DNA of 64,000 nt, taken from the IMG/VR virus record IMGVR_UViG_3300042988_001550, one strand, 5' to 3'. The notes under the pieces were generated by a model, which was given only the letters and a program-made list of their open reading frames with translations, was not told the DNA's origin and ran no database searches. Positions 9,644 through 19,331 of this stretch are shown here, piece by piece. This DNA is from a virus. Position 1 is the first letter of the stretch. Each line of letters opens with the position of its first letter. The position numbers and the translations under genes are program-made.

Positions 9644-10210
9644 ATGAAGCGTAAGCCGCTATACGTCCTGTTTTACACTGTAAACACTCCGTATGCTGAC
9701 GAGGCAGCGGAGTGTGTAAAAACACTGCGAGAGTTTCACCTCGACTACCACATCTACCCGGTACACAGCGAGGGATCGTGGGAGAAGAACACTCAGATAA
9801 AGGCTCGTGTTATTCAGCAAGCCCTGAAATCCACAGATCGGCCAATCGTGTATGTTGACGCAGACTCGCGTATCAAAAGTTATCCGATCTTATTGGATCA
9901 AATCGAGTGCGACGTGGCTTTCCACTACTTCCGTGGGGTGGAGCTACTCTCTGGTACGCTGTACTTTGGCAACACTGAGCGAGGCCGCAAGCTCGTAGAC
10001 GAGTGGGTTGCCGAGAACATCAAGTACCCCGGAGAGTGGGATCAAAAGGTGCTTCAACATGTTGTCGAGCGCCAGCACGATATTGAGTGGCTAATGCTTC
10101 CAGAAGAATACGTGTACGTTAGCCACCTATCGTCCACAAACAAAACCCCAGTCATTTTTCACACCCAGGCCAGCAGACGGCTCAAGGATCAAGTCAATGC
10201 AACCGCCTAA
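9644..10210 (+). CDS. nucleotide-diphospho-sugar transferase-like protein
   Basis: VYVDADS (DxD-like) motif with a GT-A-like layout. I moved the start to MKRKPLYVLFY. Confidence 0.4.
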   Translation: MKRKPLYVLFYTVNTPYADEAAECVKTLREFHLDYHIYPVHSEGSWEKNTQIKARVIQQALKSTDRPIVYVDADSRIKSYPILLDQIECDVAFHYFRGVELLSGTLYFGNTERGRKLVDEWVAENIKYPGEWDQKVLQHVVERQHDIEWLMLPEEYVYVSHLSSTNKTPVIFHTQASRRLKDQVNATA

Positions 10211-10961
10211 GAAGTACTTTATCGTGTCCGGCGTCTTCAACGCTGAACGGTATATCCGAAGATGCGTCGAGGCTGTCAATGATCAGGTGATCGACGGCTT
10301 CGAGGTGACACATGTAATCATCGATGACGGCTCAACCGATGCTACCGCGTCGGTTATAGCTAAAGTGCCACAAGTACCCCATATTCGCCGACACGTAATC
10401 ACCCACCCGAGAAATCTAGGGTCGGTAGACGCGCAAATGGCCGGCTTTGCTTATGCTCAGAACAATGGCCACGATCACGACGTTATCATCCAACTGGACG
10501 GAGATGATTGGTTTTGCACAGACGAAGCGATCAAAACTGTTCATGATACGTACGTAGAGACCGGTTGCGGTGCGACGTATGGAGATTGGGTTGGAACTTA
10601 CGGTGGCAAATCTAATTGCCGCCTACCAAACTGGTCTAATCTGCACGAGGACCTGAGGAGTAACGGCTGGTGCTTCTCGCACCTTAGAACATTCAGAACA
10701 GGCTACACCCGTCACCTTGACGTCGAGGATTTTAAGGACCCGACAAGAGGCGGTGCGTTCTTTAACGCGGCGTACGATGCGGTAGTCTGTCTGCCGATCT
10801 TCGAGTTTGCCGGAAAAGACAAGGTGGTCTGGATACGTACCCCATTGATCTACTACAACCAAGAGAATCCTCTGGCGGAAGCTCGGTTGCGCCTGAATGA
10901 TCAGAATCACTGTGCATTCGCTAGCTATGACAAAAAAATGCGCGCCCAGGTTGATATTTGA
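10197..10961 (+). CDS. family 2 glycosyltransferase
   Basis: Classic GT2 signature HVIIDDGSTDAT, plus DGDDWF. Confidence 0.7.
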   Translation: MQPPKKYFIVSGVFNAERYIRRCVEAVNDQVIDGFEVTHVIIDDGSTDATASVIAKVPQVPHIRRHVITHPRNLGSVDAQMAGFAYAQNNGHDHDVIIQLDGDDWFCTDEAIKTVHDTYVETGCGATYGDWVGTYGGKSNCRLPNWSNLHEDLRSNGWCFSHLRTFRTGYTRHLDVEDFKDPTRGGAFFNAAYDAVVCLPIFEFAGKDKVVWIRTPLIYYNQENPLAEARLRLNDQNHCAFASYDKKMRAQVDI

Positions 10962-11881
10962 TGCGTCCCATGAAAAGTACCTTCGACACCGTCGCTAGAA
11001 CCACGTTCGATTACAGGAAGCTCGTCGCATCTAGATCCTTTGGAATAGGTACAAGCGGAGACCTCACTGTTGTAATACCTGCCAGATCTCGCGCGTCTTT
11101 CCTTAAACCCACTATACGGTGCTTCAAGGCTGCGGAGCAACTTCTACTAGAGTCAGCAAACCCGAAACGGATAAACTACGTTTTGGTAGAATACTCGCAT
11201 CAGCGTGAGCATGAGGATAGCTGTAAGGATCTAGGTATTGGGTACATTTGGATAGCGTCTAGACCGGATCAGCAGTTCAATAAGTGTCTGGCAATGAACT
11301 GTGGTGCGGTCGCATTCCCGACGTCAAGTTTTTACCTTTTTCATGACATCGATTGTCTAGTACAACGGTCGTTCTTCGTAGATCTGTTCGACAACATTAA
11401 AGCCAGAGACTGTCGCGCAATCCAGGCCTTCTACGGAAGACGCCTGCTTTACCTAAACAAGTCAGCAACAGAGTGCGCGATTGCCGGAGCACTCAATGTT
11501 GATGACATCGACGCTAGTACGCCCGGCATTGTTGTTGGACCTGCCGGAGCACCCGGTGGATCAATCGCCATCGATAGAGAGCTGTTTATAGAGGTTGGCG
11601 GGTTTGATGACGAACTGTTTGCTGGATATGCTCCAGAAGACCGGTTTTTTTGGAACAAGCTGGAGTTGTTAACCAAGGTAGACACGGCGCACAATCCGGT
11701 AATAGAGATGGTGCATATGCACCACGAGTCTGCTATCGGCACAAATCCGTTAAGGAGCCAGTATATTAAGACTTGTGCAGAATTTGATGCCGCAAAACAT
11801 GCGGACAAGATGCGCCTGCTGACGATGAAGAAAAGTAAGCTGATTCCTCACATAACCGCCGAGACGATCAGGTCGTCGTGA
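10958..11881 (+). CDS. glycosyltransferase-like protein (GT-A type)
   Basis: LTVVIPARSRASFL near the N-terminus, FHDIDC, and a later FDDELFAGYAPEDRFF. Confidence 0.45.
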   Translation: MMRPMKSTFDTVARTTFDYRKLVASRSFGIGTSGDLTVVIPARSRASFLKPTIRCFKAAEQLLLESANPKRINYVLVEYSHQREHEDSCKDLGIGYIWIASRPDQQFNKCLAMNCGAVAFPTSSFYLFHDIDCLVQRSFFVDLFDNIKARDCRAIQAFYGRRLLYLNKSATECAIAGALNVDDIDASTPGIVVGPAGAPGGSIAIDRELFIEVGGFDDELFAGYAPEDRFFWNKLELLTKVDTAHNPVIEMVHMHHESAIGTNPLRSQYIKTCAEFDAAKHADKMRLLTMKKSKLIPHITAETIRSS

Positions 11882-12693
11882 TCTTCGTCAACATAAAGGG
11901 CGGGCTATGTAACTCGATGTTCCAGATAGCCGCCGCACATGCTATGGCTATCGAGACTAATTCTGAGTTCTCGGTGCCGAACTTTGACTATCACCTTGAG
12001 TTCATCAATAGCCGCTGGCACATACAGGCGGCCGACGCAACCCATAACAGTGTCAACAATGCTCAAGAGTATCGACAGTTTCTAAAAGTCAAAACAGCTA
12101 AACCTCCGCCACGTTGCGGTCAATACACTTACCCGTTCCACTTTGTTGACACAATTCCTAGAGACGAGCATTTTACAATTGACGGATACTTCCAATCTGA
12201 GAAGTACTTTCGAGGCAAACACGCGGCGGTTAGAGAGCTGTTTCGCATTCCAGAAACGTTAGAGAACACCATTCAGTCAAAGTACCGACAGCTGCTTGAT
12301 GGAACAACGATCGCACTACATGTGCGCCGAGCAGACTACATGTTGTACCCTAATCACCACCCGACGTTGTCGGCTGACTATTATGAGAAGGCTGTAGACG
12401 CCATCGGCAAGTATGACCGAGTGCTGGTATTCTCTGACGATAAAAACTGGAGCAACAGTTCCCTGAAATTTGACAACATGGTTCCCATAACTCAAGAGAA
12501 GGACTATATCGAGCTATTCCTGATGTCGAAGTGTTCTCACAACATCATCAGTAATTCAAGCTTCTCGTGGTGGGGGGCATGGTTAAATCAATCGATTGAC
12601 AAGAAAGTGGTTGGACCTTCTCGGTGGTTTGGTAAGGCATATGATCACTTCAATACAGCCGACATTCTTCCAACTAACTGGATACGTATCTGA
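11878..12693 (+). CDS. alpha-1,2-fucosyltransferase-like protein (GT11 family)
   Basis: GT11 motifs IALHVRRADYM (HxRRxD) and ISNSSFSWWGAWLN. Confidence 0.65.
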   Translation: MIFVNIKGGLCNSMFQIAAAHAMAIETNSEFSVPNFDYHLEFINSRWHIQAADATHNSVNNAQEYRQFLKVKTAKPPPRCGQYTYPFHFVDTIPRDEHFTIDGYFQSEKYFRGKHAAVRELFRIPETLENTIQSKYRQLLDGTTIALHVRRADYMLYPNHHPTLSADYYEKAVDAIGKYDRVLVFSDDKNWSNSSLKFDNMVPITQEKDYIELFLMSKCSHNIISNSSFSWWGAWLNQSIDKKVVGPSRWFGKAYDHFNTADILPTNWIRI

Positions 12694-13109
12694 TGGATAC
12701 CTTTTACTCTCGCGTCTCTCCGAACGATCTGCTGCACATCGTCTATCGCGCAGACGACTTCAAACAGCCGCGTCAAGAAATCGTCCCTGGCAGCAACTTC
12801 ATTCAATGTGCGGCACTGCGACTACCTAAAGAGAAAACGTTCAGAGCACATAAGCACATCACTAAACAACGCTCGTACGATAATCAGATCGCCCAAGAGT
12901 CGTGGATAGTGGTTAAGGGAAGTGTGCGGTGCTTCTTTTACGACTTAGATGATACCCTACTCTCAACATCGACACTGGGTCCCGGTGACGCGAGTTTCAC
13001 CTTAAAGGGTGGTCATAACTATCTAGTACTTGAAGACGATACTATCGTGTACGAGTACAAGACAGGTCCGTATGAAGGGCAGTCACTAGATAAGGTGTTT
13101 TTGTCTTGA
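12693..13109 (+). CDS. cupin-fold protein (sugar epimerase or WbuC-like)
   Basis: Small beta-rich ORF inside the sugar cluster with a histidine-containing cupin-like core. Assignment is tentative. Confidence 0.35.
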   Translation: MDTFYSRVSPNDLLHIVYRADDFKQPRQEIVPGSNFIQCAALRLPKEKTFRAHKHITKQRSYDNQIAQESWIVVKGSVRCFFYDLDDTLLSTSTLGPGDASFTLKGGHNYLVLEDDTIVYEYKTGPYEGQSLDKVFLS

Positions 13110-14059
13110 AGTTGCACCATGTCACCATCAGTGGAACAGGGTCTTACCTGCCGACTACTGTCGTAACAAACGAGAGTCTAGAAAAGACTGTAGATACTAC
13201 AGCGGATTGGATTTTTTCTAAGCTAGGGATCAAAGAGCGGCGTGTAGCACAAGAGGAACTGCCGTCATATATGGGACTTGAGGCGGCAAAGATGGCGATG
13301 GCCTCCGCAGGGATCAGTAAAGAGGATCTCGGCATGATCATAGTGGCCACGTCTAGCCCAGAGCAGATTTCTCCGGCCACCGCCTGCGTGATCCACAACA
13401 AACTCGGGATTCGCAAGAACGTTCCAGCGTTTGATATAAACGCTGTCTGTTCTGGCTTCTTGTACGCTGTGTCTCTGGCGGCCACCATGGTAAGCCATGG
13501 AACGTATGATCACGTTCTTGTTATCGCAACTGAGGCCTACTCGAAGATTACAGACTGGCACGATAAGCACTGTGTCTTCTTCGGAGACGGTGCCGGTGCT
13601 GTCGTTGTTAGTAGATCAGAAACAGGCTGGATGTCGTTTCTCCTAGAGGCAAACGGCTCCGGTACCGGGATGACCGGGTTCAAGCTACCGTTAAACTCGG
13701 TGTTTACGATGCGTGGTAAAGAAGTTTGGGATCAGGCGGTTAAGGTCATCCCTGACTCCATTAGGCAAGTGATGGCTCAATGTGATATAGGAATTGATGA
13801 CATCAGCCTGATCATCCCACATCAACCAAGTATTCACATCCTCAAGCAGGTAGCCGAACAACTAAACTGCCCGTTCTCGAAGGTCAAGACCGTCATGGAC
13901 AGGTATGCAAACATTGCAGGAGCGTCAATTCCTATCGCACTAGACGAGGCTGTGCGTCAGCAACAGGTTCGTCGCGGAGACCTCATCGTTTTATCAGCTA
14001 TAGGCTCTGGATGGACGTGGGGTTCGATGGTAGTTAGGTACGAGGGAGCAACATGCTAG
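13106..14059 (+). CDS. 3-oxoacyl-ACP synthase III (FabH/KAS III)-like
   Basis: ISGTGSYLP, catalytic-Cys context DINAVCSGF, GDGAGAVVV, HQPS, and GNIAGASIPIALDEA with Asn. Confidence 0.75.
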   Translation: MKLHHVTISGTGSYLPTTVVTNESLEKTVDTTADWIFSKLGIKERRVAQEELPSYMGLEAAKMAMASAGISKEDLGMIIVATSSPEQISPATACVIHNKLGIRKNVPAFDINAVCSGFLYAVSLAATMVSHGTYDHVLVIATEAYSKITDWHDKHCVFFGDGAGAVVVSRSETGWMSFLLEANGSGTGMTGFKLPLNSVFTMRGKEVWDQAVKVIPDSIRQVMAQCDIGIDDISLIIPHQPSIHILKQVAEQLNCPFSKVKTVMDRYANIAGASIPIALDEAVRQQQVRRGDLIVLSAIGSGWTWGSMVVRYEGATC

Positions 14060-14589
14060 ATAAGTTCAAAAAAGTCGGCGTCGATGTGCGAGTCAGCGAT
14101 CTGGCGGTAATTACCAGACCACACTTGATCGAGCTTGGAGACCATATCTCCATCGACCAGTGGGTCTATTTTTCCACGCAGGCCCGTCTAGGCTCGTACA
14201 TCCATATCGCACCGTCGGTGTCAATTATTGGAGGAGCAGACGCGCTGCTGGTGATGGAAGACTTCACTAACATCGGGTCCGGTGGCCGCATCGTGTGCGC
14301 ATCCGACGACTTCACCCAGGGCCTAATCGCCCCAGTCGTCCCAATCGAGTTCAGGACAGTGATAAACAAGCCCGTGACATTCAAGCGGTACTCAACTCTT
14401 GGAGTGAACTGTTCAGTGCTTCCCGGAGTAACCCTTGCTGAGGGGAGCATCGTTGGCGCCAACTCTGTGGTAACGAAAGACACGGAGCCGTGGATGATCT
14501 ATGCCGGTACTCCGGCGAGACCAATCAAGATGCGAGAAAAGACACGAATCATCGAGAGTGGTAAGAAATTGATGAATTACCCGGACTGA
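14053..14589 (+). CDS. hexapeptide-repeat (left-handed beta-helix) acyltransferase
   Basis: Repeated [LIV]-G-x-x-x-x hexads (ISIDQWVYFS..., IGSGGRIV, VGANSVV). Typical of PerB/WbbJ-type N-acetyltransferases. Confidence 0.7.
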   Translation: MLDKFKKVGVDVRVSDLAVITRPHLIELGDHISIDQWVYFSTQARLGSYIHIAPSVSIIGGADALLVMEDFTNIGSGGRIVCASDDFTQGLIAPVVPIEFRTVINKPVTFKRYSTLGVNCSVLPGVTLAEGSIVGANSVVTKDTEPWMIYAGTPARPIKMREKTRIIESGKKLMNYPD

Positions 14590-14613
14590 TCCTATAAGAC
14601 CGAACACGTAGCC

Positions 14614-15216
14614 ATGAACCTTAGAGAGCTTGCGCGGTGGGAGCATGACAACGGCCCTACAACACATTTTGTACAGTATGACCTGACTCCAGAAAGTGTC
14701 TGTTTCGATGTCGGGGCATATATTGGACAATACGCGCAGCTGATGCACGACAGATATTCTTGCCGGGTGTTCTGCTTTGAACCAGTGCGGGCGCATTTTG
14801 AGCAGCTAGTTTCCCGGCTACAAGGTAGATCTGGTATACAGTGCTTCAATGTCGGTCTCGGTCCAGAGGACACTAACCAGATCATAGCCATCAATGCCGA
14901 CTCGTCGAGCCTATTTTGTCTTAGCGACCGTATTGAGCTTGTCACAATTAGGTCCATAGACGCTGTTATGCGCGAAACCGCAGTCGGACAGATTGATCTG
15001 ATCAAGATCAACATAGAAGGCGGAGAGTACGCACTGCTTGATCATTGCCTAGGTACCGGACTCATCACAAGGTTTAGAAACATCCAGGTACAGTTTCATG
15101 ACTTTTTTCCCGACGCTGTTCACAGACGCAATACAATTAGAGACAAACTGTCGCTGACACACGACATAACATATGATTACGAGTTTGTGTGGGAAAATTG
15201 GAAACTAAGAACCTAA
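14614..15216 (+). CDS. FkbM-family methyltransferase
   Basis: FDVGAYIGQY (SAM motif I), then a FEP...F...FNVGLG pattern. Confidence 0.6.
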   Translation: MNLRELARWEHDNGPTTHFVQYDLTPESVCFDVGAYIGQYAQLMHDRYSCRVFCFEPVRAHFEQLVSRLQGRSGIQCFNVGLGPEDTNQIIAINADSSSLFCLSDRIELVTIRSIDAVMRETAVGQIDLIKINIEGGEYALLDHCLGTGLITRFRNIQVQFHDFFPDAVHRRNTIRDKLSLTHDITYDYEFVWENWKLRT

Positions 15217-15234
15217 TCAGAACAGTAGAGGACT

Positions 15235-15831
15235 GTGATGTCTTTTGACAGTGTGAGAGAGTTTGAGGATCAACTAGCTGCCTTTTTTGGGGCACCGCAC
15301 GCCATCGCTGTAGACTCGTGCACGCACGGGATCGAGCTGTGTCTGCGATACACCAACGAACGCAGCATCAGTGTTCCAAAACGAACATACATCTCTATTC
15401 CATTCTTGGCGAAGAAGTTACAGATTGACCTCTTTTGGCGCGACGAGTCCTGGGTAGACCACTATCAGGTTGCTCCGTCTATCGTCGACGCAGCTGTTTT
15501 ATGGAAACCTAACAGCTACAAGCCTGGACACATGATGAGCGTGAGCTTTCAGTTTCAAAAACACCTGTCGCTTGGGCGTGGCGGAGTTATTCTTCTAGAC
15601 GACCCGGTCGCCGCCAAGGCACTGAAAAAGATGTCCTACGACGGACGTCTTCCCGGTATTCCGTGGAGAGAGCAGGACATCGAGACTGTCGGGTATCACT
15701 ACTACATGACGCCAGAAACAGCTCAACTCGGCTTGAGTAAGCTCCCAGCCGCGATAGCCACAACGCCACGACAGTGGGTTGTCACTGATTGGCCCGACCT
15801 CACTAAAATGACTGTGTTCAAGCCCTCATGA
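15235..15831 (+). CDS. DegT/DnrJ/EryC1-like aminotransferase, half-length form
   Basis: N-terminal EFEDQLAAFFGAPHAIAVDSCTHGIELCL and C-terminal SFQFQKHLSLGRGGVILLDD both match the DegT family. The central ~150 aa, including the PLP-lysine region, seem to be missing. Confidence 0.45.
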   Translation: MMSFDSVREFEDQLAAFFGAPHAIAVDSCTHGIELCLRYTNERSISVPKRTYISIPFLAKKLQIDLFWRDESWVDHYQVAPSIVDAAVLWKPNSYKPGHMMSVSFQFQKHLSLGRGGVILLDDPVAAKALKKMSYDGRLPGIPWREQDIETVGYHYYMTPETAQLGLSKLPAAIATTPRQWVVTDWPDLTKMTVFKPS

Positions 15832-16811
15832 AAACCGCACTGATCACCGGAATCTCTGGACAAGATGGTAGCTATCTATCTGAGCACCTATTGTCCCTGG
15901 GATATACCGTTCACGGCATTGTGAGAAGACACTCGGTTGCTGAGAATCAGGATGTGCGCATCCGATCACTCAACGTACACACCCACTATGGCGACCTGCT
16001 TGACATCTTCTCACTTCAGCGTGTGCTAGCAGAAGTCAAACCGGACGAGATTTACAACCTGGCTGCAATGAGTCATGTCAGAATTAGCTTCGACATGCCA
16101 TCGTTTACTATCCAGACCAACGCCCTAGGGGTCCTGAACATTCTGGAGGCGTACAGAACAGCTGTACCAACAGCACGATTCTATCAGGCTAGCTCGTCAG
16201 AGATGTTTGGAAACTCTGTCGATAGCGACGGCGTTCAACGACTAACTACCCCGATGAATCCCGTAAGCCCCTACGGGTGTGCAAAGCTACTAGGTTACAA
16301 TCTCGTGCGGCACTACCGCAATGCGTACAAACTTCACGCGTGTAACGGTATCCTGTTCAACCACGAGTCTCCAAGAAGAGGCACGAACTTCGTCACGAAC
16401 AAGGTTGTTCGTGGAGCAGTAGAGATCTATCTCGGCCAACGGAAGGAGCTCGTACTTGGTAACCTCGACTCCGTTCGAGACTGGGGACACGCAAAAGACT
16501 ACACGCGCGGTATGCACGCAATCGTTAACCACAGCACTCCCGATGACTTCATTATTGCGTCAGGAGAGGGCCGCTCTGTTCGTGACTTGTGTGAAGCGGT
16601 GTTCTCTAACCTAGGACTCGATTACCGAGACCTCGTCCGACAGGAGGGCCGATTCATGCGCCCAGAGGAGCTGAAATATTTGAGAGGCGATTCCAGTAAG
16701 ATCCGAGAGCAGCTCGGCTGGCGCCCAGAATACACTTTCGACAGTATGATCAAGGAAATGATTACGTACTGGATGAACACCTTACAGCTACCAAGTAAGG
16801 CGGTAAAGTGA
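15828..16811 (+). CDS. gmd: GDP-mannose 4,6-dehydratase
   Basis: N-terminal ALITGISGQDGSYLSEHLLSLGYTVHGIVRR, SSSEMFG, YGCAKL (YxxxK), NHESPRRG, and a GMD-like C-terminus. Confidence 0.85.
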   Translation: MKTALITGISGQDGSYLSEHLLSLGYTVHGIVRRHSVAENQDVRIRSLNVHTHYGDLLDIFSLQRVLAEVKPDEIYNLAAMSHVRISFDMPSFTIQTNALGVLNILEAYRTAVPTARFYQASSSEMFGNSVDSDGVQRLTTPMNPVSPYGCAKLLGYNLVRHYRNAYKLHACNGILFNHESPRRGTNFVTNKVVRGAVEIYLGQRKELVLGNLDSVRDWGHAKDYTRGMHAIVNHSTPDDFIIASGEGRSVRDLCEAVFSNLGLDYRDLVRQEGRFMRPEELKYLRGDSSKIREQLGWRPEYTFDSMIKEMITYWMNTLQLPSKAVK

Positions 16812-16823
16812 TTACACTTAGGT

Positions 16824-17138
16824 GTGAAATCTTACCCGAAGCAGTTCAAGTACGGCGGCATAAAGTACCGGATCATTTCTGAAGAAATGCCAGGGTTCTC
16901 TGGTATGGTTACCAAGGAACCGCCCGTAATCCGTATCTCTCCAAAAGACAACCAAACTGCGGAGGAGTATCGTAAGACGCTCCTCCACGAAATTCTTCAC
17001 GTGATTCTCTGGAATTGTGCCCAGAACAAACAGTCCTTCCTTAGACTTAAGGAAGAGACCTTGGTTGCCTTCTTAGAGAAGGAGATGTTCGAGGCCAAGC
17101 GTCTGAACCCTAAACTCTTCAAGTTTCTTTTTGGATGA
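16824..17138 (+). CDS. small HExxH metallopeptidase-like protein
   Basis: LLHEILHVIL contains HExxH. Otherwise unrecognised. Confidence 0.35.
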   Translation: MKSYPKQFKYGGIKYRIISEEMPGFSGMVTKEPPVIRISPKDNQTAEEYRKTLLHEILHVILWNCAQNKQSFLRLKEETLVAFLEKEMFEAKRLNPKLFKFLFG

Positions 17139-17515
17139 CCCTTCCCAAAACAATAACCATCGCCGTTCCTGATCGACCGCTATTTATGATCAAATCAAGA
17201 CGGCTACGTAAAAATTCAGACGGTGTGCAGATGACAGGGCAGCTAGACACCGAAAAGCAGGAGCTGATCATTCACGCTAGCCTAGACGAACGGCAACAGT
17301 CTGCCGCGCTCATAACCCTCTTGTCCATCCTTAACGAGGATCCAGCATACAAGGGACACCTGGCCCCAACACTTAATGAGAGCCTCTATAAGGTAGAGTG
17401 GTATACTTCAGGTAAGCCAGCTGCTGTGGCGACCAAACCGTCAAAGGACGCGACTAGGACCCAGGTTTTAGACATGGGTGACGACATCAAGATGATTAAG
17501 AGAGTAGGACACTAA
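17135..17515 (+). CDS. hypothetical protein, 126 aa
   Basis: Translationally coupled to neighbours. Confidence 0.5.
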   Translation: MTLPKTITIAVPDRPLFMIKSRRLRKNSDGVQMTGQLDTEKQELIIHASLDERQQSAALITLLSILNEDPAYKGHLAPTLNESLYKVEWYTSGKPAAVATKPSKDATRTQVLDMGDDIKMIKRVGH

Positions 17516-18864
17516 TGAGCACCCCGACACCGATCACTGATCCCGTAACTGTGGAAGACGTGGTCGATCCCGTAGAGACTGATCTGAGCCCCGGAGACAA
17601 CGGTTATCCGTGGCAGCTAGCTTTCGATAAGCACATTATCGTCGAGCCCGGCAAGATTACCCTGCCTGATGGCAAGGTTGTTACAACCGCCGCAGACGGC
17701 GGACCAATTAGATACGAGCTGGCAGAAGCTATTAGACTGTCTTGGACACACCGCTGCCTGAGCATTAAGTGCCGTGGCAGTATCCGTGGCGCCGTGCTTG
17801 GCGTATACGACAAGGGTAAGGCAGATCACGTTGCGTGGCCTATCCCGATCGGTGGCGTTGTGATTCGCAGCGATGATCCTAGAAATCCGGCCACAATTGA
17901 GCAGATCGATTTCGGCGGCGATACCCGCAATACTACGGGAAGCACTGGGGTTCGTCAGATCCTGATCAAGGGCGTAAAGCTCAAGAACACGTTCTGGCCC
18001 AGCACTGGTGCGTCCTCAAAGAGCCCTGTCCTCGTCCGAATGGGCTCGTGGCTAGGATTGATCGGTATTCACGACTGCGAGTTCATTTCATCCGACCCGG
18101 CAGCTTTCCAGGGCTGGGGAATGATGTGGGGTGTCCGTGGCCACGGTCGTGCCCGCTGGGACCTGCGTCGCAACAAGACGGTGAAGCTGCAAGAGCACTT
18201 CTTCTACCTAGACAGCCCAGGCGCAGACGGCGGCGGCCCGTCGTACTTCTGTGCTAACGTGCAAGGCGGACCAAGCGGTCGCACCGGCCTACAGATCGTC
18301 AATAGAGCCACGCCAGGAGCCCCCGACTACGGTGGACCTACTGGACTAGGCAGCCTGTACATCCAGCGTAACAGCTTCTGGTGTGCCGGCGGTGGCGGTG
18401 GCGCCAACATTACGATTGCCGGGCACCTTGGGGACGTCTTCATCGAGGACAACGACCTAACATGCTCTGGTCCCCACGGAGGCATCGTTATCTGGGCGGA
18501 CGGCGGTAAGGGACTTCACAAGACAGCCGACGGCTTCATTGTTCCCTACGCTCGACTGATCAATAACAAGATCTCGGCCACAGGCGTGGACCGCTCAGCT
18601 ATTGCCGTGTCCGGAACCGGCGAACTGATCATCGACGACTTCGATATTGAAACGAACCGCACGGCGATCGACCTGTTCAACTCCAACGGCGGTGGCGTAC
18701 CTAACGGTATTGTGACCGTAACGGCTGGGATCGATCGTGAGTCTCAGAAAGTAATCACGCCTCTTCCGCAGTACCCCGGCTTTGCCAAGGCGTGGGTCAA
18801 GATGAAGCTACGTGGGCGCGTCCTAACCAACGCAGAAATTCTGCAGTACCAGCGCTGGGCGTAG
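17515..18864 (+). CDS. right-handed beta-helix protein (possible tailspike or polysaccharide depolymerase)
   Basis: Gly- and Asn-rich repeats with pectate-lyase-like turns (IHDCEFISSD, NITIAGHLGDVFIEDNDL, NNKISATG). Confidence 0.45.
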   Translation: MSTPTPITDPVTVEDVVDPVETDLSPGDNGYPWQLAFDKHIIVEPGKITLPDGKVVTTAADGGPIRYELAEAIRLSWTHRCLSIKCRGSIRGAVLGVYDKGKADHVAWPIPIGGVVIRSDDPRNPATIEQIDFGGDTRNTTGSTGVRQILIKGVKLKNTFWPSTGASSKSPVLVRMGSWLGLIGIHDCEFISSDPAAFQGWGMMWGVRGHGRARWDLRRNKTVKLQEHFFYLDSPGADGGGPSYFCANVQGGPSGRTGLQIVNRATPGAPDYGGPTGLGSLYIQRNSFWCAGGGGGANITIAGHLGDVFIEDNDLTCSGPHGGIVIWADGGKGLHKTADGFIVPYARLINNKISATGVDRSAIAVSGTGELIIDDFDIETNRTAIDLFNSNGGGVPNGIVTVTAGIDRESQKVITPLPQYPGFAKAWVKMKLRGRVLTNAEILQYQRWA

Positions 18865-18899
18865 TGGCTTCCAGACCGAGTAATGACAAGCTGTTGACG

Positions 18900-19295
18900 A
18901 TGGAGGCGAGAATCGCCACCATCGAAGCTAATTACCTCCGTCTGCTTGAGAATACACACGCCACAGCCGACGCTCTTGAAAGACACGCAGAGCGCTCATC
19001 TGAGGCAATTGAAGGACTCATATCAAAGCTCGCTGCCGCCAAGGTTCCTCAATGGGGAGCCCTGGCGTCATGGGCAGCTGTGATTCTCACAATCGTTGGC
19101 CTTCTTCTAGCCAGCATCAACAGGGATCAGGCGAAGATCTCAACCGAACTCGATAAACAGCGAGAGCAGATTGAAGTGCTAAAAGAGAAGCTCTCCTCAA
19201 TGTCTACTGAGGTAGCTGAGCTAAAAACAAGGCAGCAGATCACGACTGATGTCATCTTGCCAGATATGCTAGACAAGATAAAGCAGACTAAGTAA
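18900..19295 (+). CDS. coiled-coil protein with one TM segment
   Basis: Started at internal MEARIATIEANYL. Has WAAVILTIVGLLLA and heptad-like stretches, and ends just before a strong terminator. Confidence 0.45.
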   Translation: MEARIATIEANYLRLLENTHATADALERHAERSSEAIEGLISKLAAAKVPQWGALASWAAVILTIVGLLLASINRDQAKISTELDKQREQIEVLKEKLSSMSTEVAELKTRQQITTDVILPDMLDKIKQTK

Positions 19296-19331
19296 AAAAG
19301 AAGGGGTGGTTTCGGCCACCCCTTCCCGTTT
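19295..19331. terminator. bidirectional rho-independent terminator
   Basis: AAGGGGTGG-tttcg-CCACCCCTT hairpin with an A-run on one side and a T-rich run on the other. Lies between convergent genes. Confidence 0.7.
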
